From Saprolegnia diclina VS20 (taxonomy: Eukaryota): DNA of 42,244 nt. Where the stretch lies: positions 640,490-682,733 of the forward strand of contig NW_008246097.1 in the NCBI RefSeq assembly GCF_000281045.1, given 5' to 3'. Position 1 is the stretch's first letter, and each line of letters begins with the position of its first letter. A program made the translations under genes and the position numbers. Below, one piece after another: positions 34,515-42,244 of the stretch. The notes beneath the pieces were generated by a model, which saw only the letters and a program-made list of their open reading frames with translations, did no database searches and was not told the origin of the DNA.

Positions 34515-36041
34515 TTAGGCGTCGTGCTTGGCCTTCTTGGTCGGTCGCGAGATCGCGCGCATGCCCGCCATCTTGGTCGTGTACTTGTCGTTCATCCTAT
34601 AAGCAGCAATAAGATCGATGCAATAAGAGATCAATCGCGTACTGGTCGGTGCGCTTGAGCGGGTTCAAATAGTCGGTCGTATCTTGGTCGACCAAGTGCG
34701 TGTACTTGGTGCTAGCCACATCGTATGTCAACAAACGAGTACGACCGAAGTACTGTACCGGCCGGCCTTGCCAAAGTTCTTGACTTGCAGCACCTTGGGC
34801 ATGACCTCGTAGTTGTGACGATCTTCGAGCGTCGGCGCGTCGGCTTCGCGCTTTCGCACGTCCGCCGGGTCGCGCGCCAAGCTCTTGTCGTCCATATAGA
34901 ACGCGCCCTTATGGTAGTACTTCTGCATGAACTTCCACTTGGCCTTCTCTTCGTCGTCCTTGAGCTTGCCGGACGCGCTATCGACAAATTGTCGGATTGC
35001 TGCTGTAGCCAGAGAACGCACCGGTCTTCGGCCTCGCGCTCTTCGTCCGTGAGATTGCGCCGGCGCAGCGTCTCTGCAATCTCTCGCTCGCGCTCTTCTC
35101 GTTCGTCCTTGTCGCGCTTGAGCCGGCGCATCTCGCGAAGCTCCCACTTCTGTCGCTCCTTCTCCGGGTCGACGTTGTCCGTGTCGTCCGGCATGTCGTC
35201 AATGTCGGTGGTCTCGTCGGTCGTGAGCTCCTGCTCGCGCTGGAGGACTTCGGCCACGAGCTTCCGTGACTCGGACTTGCGCTCGACCATCTACGCACAA
35301 TGCTTTGTATGCTTGCAGGTGGAGAGGTGTGTGTACCTTGGCAGCTTTTTCTTCATCCTTCTTCTCTTGCAGCGCGAGCTTTTCTTCTTGGGCGCGGATC
35401 GTGTCGCGCGCAGCCTTGGGCACGAAGACGGGCTTGAGCATCTGCTCGTCCTCGGACGTGTCCGTGTCTGTCTCCCACTCGGATGACGACTCGTGCTCGG
35501 ACGCCGTGTCGTGGGCGTCGAGCGCAACGTCGCGGCGCGGCGCCGTGGGTAGTGGCAACGCCATCGCATTGGCCTCGGGCGCCGCCTTTTGCTGTGCGAG
35601 GGCCTTGGCACGCAGCCGTGCGCGCCGGTCGTCTTCGGCGTCGCTTTCGTCCGAGTCCGAGTCGAGCAGCGGCGCGGCTTTCTGGAAAGTGCTGGACGGC
35701 GCCGCTCGGGGCGCGGGCGCCACCGCCTTGACGACCGTCGCTGCGATCTTCCTACGTTCGGGCTTGGCGATCTGCAGTGCCTTGGGTGCTGGTCGCGCGG
35801 GCCCGCTTCTGCGGAGAAAGTCACCAGCCCGGCCTTCGTCTTCCATGAGCTCGCCCAGCGCGTGCTCGGGCACATGGCCAGCCCGATGACGCAGGACCTT
35901 CTTGGAGGTGTCGAGCTTGGGCTTGGGCGCCTCGTACGTGTCGGTGACCTCGTTCATACGCGTGTGCTTGAGCGAGATGACATCGCCGGGCTCATCGTCG
36001 GGCAGCAAGAGCCCGAGGTCCTTCTTCCCAAACGTGTTCAT
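34515..36041 (-). CDS. MFAP1: Microfibrillar-associated protein 1 (spliceosome B-complex protein, Spp381-like), 4 introns
   Basis: LKPVFVPKAARDT, PDDTDNVDPEKERQKWELREMRRLKRD, KFMQKYYHKGAFYMD, PKVLQVKNFGKAGR|TKYTHLVDQDTT. Confidence 0.95.
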
Positions 36042-37651
36042 CGCGCTGTGAATGGAGTGTTACGATTCGGCAGATGCCACAATTAAATAGGACCCGCCAG
36101 CACCATTCAGCGTACTGCCTCGAAGCGACCACTGCGTTGCAGTTCCTCCTGCGAGGCTTCTAATCTAGGGTCTTGTACATGCATGGTGTCTCTGTTGATG
36201 GAGCTTGAAAGCCACAGCGGGCATGCAACGACATGTTGTGCAGATCGGCCGTTAAATTCGGCACAGACTGCCAAGTTGTGGGCTTGAAGTCTCTGGGACT
36301 TGATACCTTGCCTGATATGGTATCGCAGTATATCGAGTCTCAAAGGTGACAAAGATACCGCTGGCAGCTCATGTTTTGTGGGCGCACCAACCGGCCAACC
36401 ACCAAGTACTGTAGCCTCCGCCATGCTCGACCTGCACCTCCGCCACGACGCGCTGCTGTCATACTCGGTTCTAATCATCATGGAGATCGCGCGGCTCATC
36501 GCCTGCCTCACTGTCGTCGACCAGCGTGCGACGCTCCAGCTCAAGCTCTCGCGCATGTGATGGTCATGTCGCCTCGCTGCTGCCGATGCACTGCAATGCA
36601 ACCGCGATAATTTACAGCTCTTGCACCCTTTGGCTGGCATTCCCTAAATAGCGTCGGCCCTTGCCTGCCAATGCCACGGCAACCCGCAGCCCAACCAAGT
36701 GCATGTCCTGATGCAGCCGCAGTCACGACAGCCTGCAGGGATAAGGAGGACGTGGCGAAATGCACGACGTACGAGGCAGAACGAACACCGCTTCTTTTGC
36801 GCCGTCGACTTGGACCAACTTCAAGTGCGCCATGTCTTTGGACCGTGAGAACTCCATACTGGTCATACAGGCGCCGCAAGTTAGATGCACGCAACTTTGG
36901 AGCGCTCTATGGAGCATGTGCACGCACCGAGCGTACCCCACACTCTGCCAGTTTTATTTCCCTTCCCTGGCTGGCACTCGTGGTAGCCAGCTTCGTGACG
37001 GCAAGGAGGCAACGCCGTCGTGCTCCACCCCTTGACTTGGTGGGCCGTTTACGGCGAGCTCTCTTGAACCGTTGATAACGAGCTCTCTGGTCCATCGCAC
37101 AAGACGCCTTATGGGGCGCTGCCTCTCCGACCGCATTACGTTTGATGTTGCACGCGTCGACAACACGCCCCTCTCGCGACACGAGTTGCCACCTGCTGCT
37201 GTCGGCGCTAACGTCATCGAAGACTATGTGTGCCAAGCAGATATCGACAACACACTCCGCTCCAATCAAAGAGTATTCTCTACTCGTGCTCATCTTGAGA
37301 CTCTCGCAGCCCGATCTTGTTCCTGTCACCACTCGGGCTGCCAGCAACTTTCACAACTTTGGCTGCCACAAGTTGGCTGCCGATCGCGAACTGTGAGCAG
37401 GTATCCTCGTGTAGATGCAATCGAACGGGCACTGCGGTAGCAACACCAGACAATACGACGACGATATCGAGGTGATGCGTCCCGACCAGGATGCGCAAGA
37501 GAAGGGCCATGATGCAGGAAGGAGGGTCAACTGTCAAAATTGCGTGCGACTAGCCATTGTTGTCCCAAGCCACCACGGATCTTGGTATAAAATGCGAGAG
37601 GTTTGCAGCGTGAGGTTAAAGGCTGGCGTCGCATTTCGAGTTTGCGGCACG

Positions 37652-38626
37652 ATGGCAGAGTCCAAGTCGGAAGGGATCCCGTACATTGGGTCCCGCATTA
37701 GCTTGATCTCCAAGACAGATATCCGCTATGAAGGCCTCCTCTTCAACATTGACACGCGCCAGAGCATGGTCGCGCTCCAGAACGTGCGCTCCTTCGGCAC
37801 GGAAGGGCGCCGGCCCGACCACATCCCGCCGTCGGACACGGTCCTGCAGTACGCTACATTCAAGGCGTCCGAGATCAAGGATCTCCATGTATGCGAAGCA
37901 GCAGCGCCGCCGCCGCCGCCTATGATGCCGCCCCACGCCATGCCGCCGGCCCCTGCCATGCACTACCAGCCGCCGCCGCCCCTTCCGCGACAGCCCGAAG
38001 TCGCGCAGCCCACGGCTGCTCGCCCGACGTCGCCAACGAACGCTTATGCAGCTCCGACCATCTCCTCGACCCTCCTCACCCCGGGTGCCATGTCGACGGC
38101 TTACTCGGTTGCGGCCCAACAGGTCCAGCAACAGCAGCAGAAGCAGCACCAACAGCAGCACGCGCCCTCCCCGCGACAGCCCGAACGTCAGGACCAAGGT
38201 GCTCAGAACGGTGGCAACCGTACGATCCCTGGTATGGGCGGCCATCTCTTGAAGCGCAAGGAGCGTCGCGTTGGCGCCGACACGGGCATGACGGACAGCG
38301 AGATTGCGGCCGAGTTTGACTTTGCCGTCGGCCTCACGGATTTCAACAAGGAAGACGAGTACAGCAAGATGAGCATGACGAACGCGGAGGCTGTGCGCCC
38401 CGTCATCAAGGTACTTGATATCGATACCACGGCGATGACCCGCTAAGACCATGCAATAGGGCTCGTACCAAAAGTCGTCGTTCTTTGACACGATCTCGTG
38501 CGACGCACTCGACCGACTGGAAGGCGTCAACGGCCGCCTCCGCGCCCACGAAGAGCGCAAGCTCAACACGGAGACGTTTGGTGCCGTCGGCCTCAACAAC
38601 CGCCGCGGCTACCGTGGCAACCGCAA

Positions 38627-38657
<31 letters not shown>

Positions 38658-38912
38658 GGGGGCAACCGGAACCGCAACGGAGGCAACGGCTACCCCACCG
38701 ACCCGCGCAACTACGGCACCAGCAACGGCAACAGCAACGGCAGTGGCAACCGCGATGGCAATCGCGATGGTAACGGCAACAGTAACCGGAACCGGAACCG
38801 CAACAACGGCGGCACCGGCGGCAACGGCAGCACCGGCGGCAACGGCCGGGGACGCAACCAGAACAACGGCGGTCGTCAGCCCATGTACCAGCCCCGCGAC
38901 CAGCAAGCATGA
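37652..38912 (+). CDS. LSM14: LSM14/Scd6/RAP55 P-body protein, 1 intron (38411-38459)
   Basis: [28 protein letters not shown] (LSm), [17 protein letters not shown] (FFD), [10 protein letters not shown] (TFG), then an Asn/Gly/Arg-rich tail to TGA at 38912. Confidence 0.95.
38620..38870 (+). repeat. Coding low-complexity (GGCAAC)n / AACCGG-type repeats
   Basis: Encodes [15 protein letters not shown] and GNRDGNRDG. Confidence 0.85.
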
Positions 38913-40944
38913 AGGAATCGCATAGAAGCAGCCAACCAGAAGCGATACGTATGACTAATACAACGTGTTGCTCTGGCTCACATGACTCTGCTCTCGTGCG
39001 ACGCTGGAAACCCAAGTGTATGCTTTCCACGAGTACCGACAGCTTCTCCAGTACACTGCCCGATGCATGCCACCGCGCGATCTACATGCCTTGTGCATGG
39101 GCCGTCGCAGTCGGTACCCAGTCCTACTTTCCGGCTGACAACGCCCAAGCCTGCGCCGTTTGTGGCGATCTCGAGGCTTACTGAAGCCACCTTCGCTGCA
39201 TGAGTTTGGGTCGTCGACGACCGCTCGTTGATGCCGGAGCTTCCCAACGACGCTACGTGCGTTCTCTTTTGAAGTTGACCGTGATGATCCAACGGTATCG
39301 CCCATGAGGCGGTGCCATGATGTGGCCGATTCTAACGCGCCTGCGTGCTCCACACCGCCAGCTCACATCATCTGGCTCGCCCGCACCGGTTGAGGCTTTC
39401 GCCCTGAGGCGCCTGTCGTGAGCAGTTTGACTTTGTGGCACCTTGCTGCTGACCTTCACATGATCAAGGACATGCGAACAGTGATGCCCTTGCCTCCTCA
39501 ACGACTGGCTCCGGAACCACACGCCACTCCGGTACGTCCTTCCAACGCGCCGCGTTCACAAAGACCCAACTCACTGCTGCACCGGCAGTTGCCCACGTCC
39601 AATCCCGTACAGGATCCGTCCAGTGGATCTTCCGATTCCATTTACTTCAACGTTAGAACGAGGGTCACTCCTTAGAGGCTGCCAGGGGCGTCCTTTCTTT
39701 GTACTTAAAAGTCTCCTGCCGAGGACTCCGTGGAGCGGGTTGGACCGACAAGCAACGAGTGGGAGCGATTGATCTGGTCGAGTTCAAGTGCAACGTCGCA
39801 GCGACAGCCACTTTGTATGAACCGACGTCGGCTACACAACGAACTGTAGTAATCGGTTGAGTCAGGTTGTGATGAATATACTTGCGGTTTGTATCCGCAT
39901 ACAAACCGCGAGAAATGTTCGTGATCACACGATGTGGCCACAGCCATCTGACTGCAAGTGGTGCTACCTGCATCGTCCAGGCAACGCTGCATGCGTAACG
40001 AGGCTCGTACGCTCATCAACGACAGCTACAGTATCAACGGCAGTGGATGGGACCCGCGCTTCCGATGCAAGCGGGTCACTCGGAAGGAGTTGTTGAGCGA
40101 TATACGCCAGAGCGGCGGGCGTTGGCCAGGATTCGATCCGTCCACTCTACACTGGCTACTTTACGTGACAGCACAAGCGCGGCCGACAAGACTGGGTCAC
40201 TGTAAGCAGCACGAAGATTCTTGGTTCCCGGAGCCGATGCCGACGCGGGCCCTTCGCGGTTGGAGAGTTTGGAAGCTCAAACCTGTCGCCAACGCATTAC
40301 GCGAGGTGCCACTGCCACGTGGTAGGAATTCACTGCGGATGGGGCATGCAAGCGAACAGAGACGAACAGATCCGCCTCGTGACGCGCCGGAACCTGTGTC
40401 CAATCGCCATGCACCAGCAGGCATCTCTCACCAAACGGAGCTCCGAACGCAAGTCAGAATCGCTGGTTGCACTGGCCCGATCGGTGGCTTGACATCGCCG
40501 TCCGAGTGTGTATATCTACTGTCCATCCACCCGCGTGGTGGCATCAGCGCGTCCGCACGCTGGGGCCAGTGTGGCGCCCATAATTCGTGGACACTGGAAG
40601 AACGTAGGTAACACACATCTGGTTCACTGGCTCCAACTGAACCATGGCCGCGATCCTAGACTTGGCAGCCGAAGAAGACCGGCGACGCATGTCCACGAAC
40701 TTGATTCCTTGGCCAAGAAGGGGCTCAAACTTTTTCACCTCGCCTCATTGGTCCACTTGTGATCGGCTGTCCAGCGGACGAATGAATGATGGTGGCACCA
40801 CGTGGCGTATGTCCATGGCCCCCCAAAGGACGGTAATCGCGGCGTCACCCATCTGGGAGGCCGAGTGCATACTACAGATAGCTCGATGGCACCGATCATT
40901 CTTCATTCACAAAGTTGCGACGACAAGCCCACATCCACAACACC

Positions 40945-41586
40945 ATGTCGGTACCGACCAATGTCTGCTGCTTTCTCGAGTGCACCAAGCCCGCACTGCC
41001 CAACGCCACCAAGTGCGCATCCCATAAGAACAAGATCAAGTGCTCGATCGAGGGCTGCATGAACCAAGTGTACGCCCGATACCTCTGCGTCCGCCACGGC
41101 GGCAAGAAGCAGTGCCAGATCCCCGGCTGCCACGAGTTTGCACGCGGCGGCCCGCACTGTGTGATCCATGGCGGTGTCATTGTCAAGCGCTTCTGCACCG
41201 AGCCCGGCTGCAGCCGCCAAGCCCACGCGCGCTACAAGTGCGTCCGGCACGGTGGCGGCCGCACCTGCCGAGAGAAAGGCTGCGACCTTCACGCGCGCTC
41301 GAGCGGTTTTTGCCACCGGCACACGCAGCGCAAGACGCGCGACGTGATCAAGCAAGAGCCCCAAGCCGACACCAATGGCGGCTTCGCGAGCTTCCTGGAC
41401 ACGACGCTGTTGGAGACCATTGCGTGGAGCCAGACATTCGTCGTATCGACGACGGACGAGACGCTGGACCACTCGATCTTGAGCCTCCTCTGCGACTCGC
41501 TGGCGAGCCCGAAGGCGCAAGCGTGCTTGTCGGTCCCGAGTCCCGTCAAAGTATCGTCAACACTCTTGTTTGAGCAAGCCATTTAG
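40945..41586 (+). CDS. Tandem C-x4-C-x9-C-x2-H(GG) zinc-finger protein (WRKY19-like zinc-finger repeat family, expanded in oomycetes)
   Basis: CSIEGC..LCVRHGG, CQIPGC..HCVIHGG, CTEPGC..KCVRHGG, CREKGC..FCHRH; intronless. An Inr-like TTCATTC lies about 40 nt upstream. Confidence 0.85.
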   Translation: MSVPTNVCCFLECTKPALPNATKCASHKNKIKCSIEGCMNQVYARYLCVRHGGKKQCQIPGCHEFARGGPHCVIHGGVIVKRFCTEPGCSRQAHARYKCVRHGGGRTCREKGCDLHARSSGFCHRHTQRKTRDVIKQEPQADTNGGFASFLDTTLLETIAWSQTFVVSTTDETLDHSILSLLCDSLASPKAQACLSVPSPVKVSSTLLFEQAI

Positions 41587-42244
41587 ACGATAGCAATAGT
41601 TTAGTTAGTTGAATTAGTTTAGTTTATTGGAAGCAATCCTATACACGTGTATCTTCCAGTCGCGGGTTGCAATGGCTGGCGCAACAAGTTTGTGGCGAGG
41701 ATGGAGTAGCTGCGTCGACAAACAGCGGCAGTGGCCAGAGAACCAAGCGCCGCCAAATTAATGACCAAGCGCCGCCAAAAATGTACAAGAAAAGGGAGAA
41801 AACAGCAGCGAATGGTCGTCGTCGTCGGACTCGAAACCGAGTGATAATGGAATGTTCTACTAATCTGGTCACGTGGATCAATTTTCTGGTAATACTCGTT
41901 TCTTTCAGCTCGCCAGAGAGGGGCGAAGAGTACCACACTTGGAACCAGACGCGCTGCACACACTGCGCTCGGCGCAGAACGCGCGTGCGCTACCGCGAGA
42001 TGTTCTACTGTGAAAGTGGCGGTCCCAGTGGTATAAGCAAGCACGAGCCCCGTGGACCTTGCAAGCCTTTACGCGCTTGCAACAAGGCACTGTATATACG
42101 CTCTACATGGCACGCTGCATCAAGAAGGGGCTCGAGACGAGAGGCTCTGCCGCAGACCGTGCCACTTCGCGCAAGAGTGGGCTCCCGGGACAGCATGGGT
42201 GCAGGCTTGCTACGAATCATTGCCACGTAGCCCGTTACAACGCC

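Noticed and set aside
31179..38912. Functional cluster of RNA-processing genes (UAP56, MFAP1, LSM14)
   Set aside because: This is a large functional class in a gene-dense genome, and the run is interrupted by an ACAD; chance is sufficient.

Overview
This is gene-dense, GC-rich eukaryotic nuclear DNA with many very short (about 40-70 nt) GT-AG introns and one 405-N assembly gap. It is most likely an oomycete, plausibly Saprolegniales (inference). The evidence is Inr+FPR core-promoter motifs, a nuclear intron-containing minD with a mitochondrial-type presequence, and a C-x4-C-x9-C-x2-HGG zinc-finger gene. I can support about 17 protein-coding genes: a degenerate 2OG-Fe(II) oxygenase-family protein, a WDR87/97-like WD40 protein, an Inturned-like tri-longin protein, membralin, KLHDC4, MinD, a secreted GYGAPAP-repeat protein, an Fe-ADH-family protein, three intronless MCAD-type acyl-CoA dehydrogenases, a C2/DZIP-N/IQ/EF-hand protein, WAPL, UAP56, MFAP1, LSM14 and the HGG zinc-finger protein. 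I saw no rRNA, tRNA, CRISPR array or intact transposon. The strongest lead is an intact, apparently mitochondria-targeted MCAD paralog that lacks the catalytic Glu (YEGT to YGGP). It sits between a canonical MCAD and an Fe-ADH homolog that has lost a metal ligand, which suggests a possible pseudo-enzyme module. Other leads: an apparent gene-conversion tract between inverted ACAD copies, a strong TAG bias at intron acceptors, a resilin-like secreted repeat protein, and ciliary CPLANE/DZIP-like genes. All family calls come from motif recognition by eye; no database searches were run.
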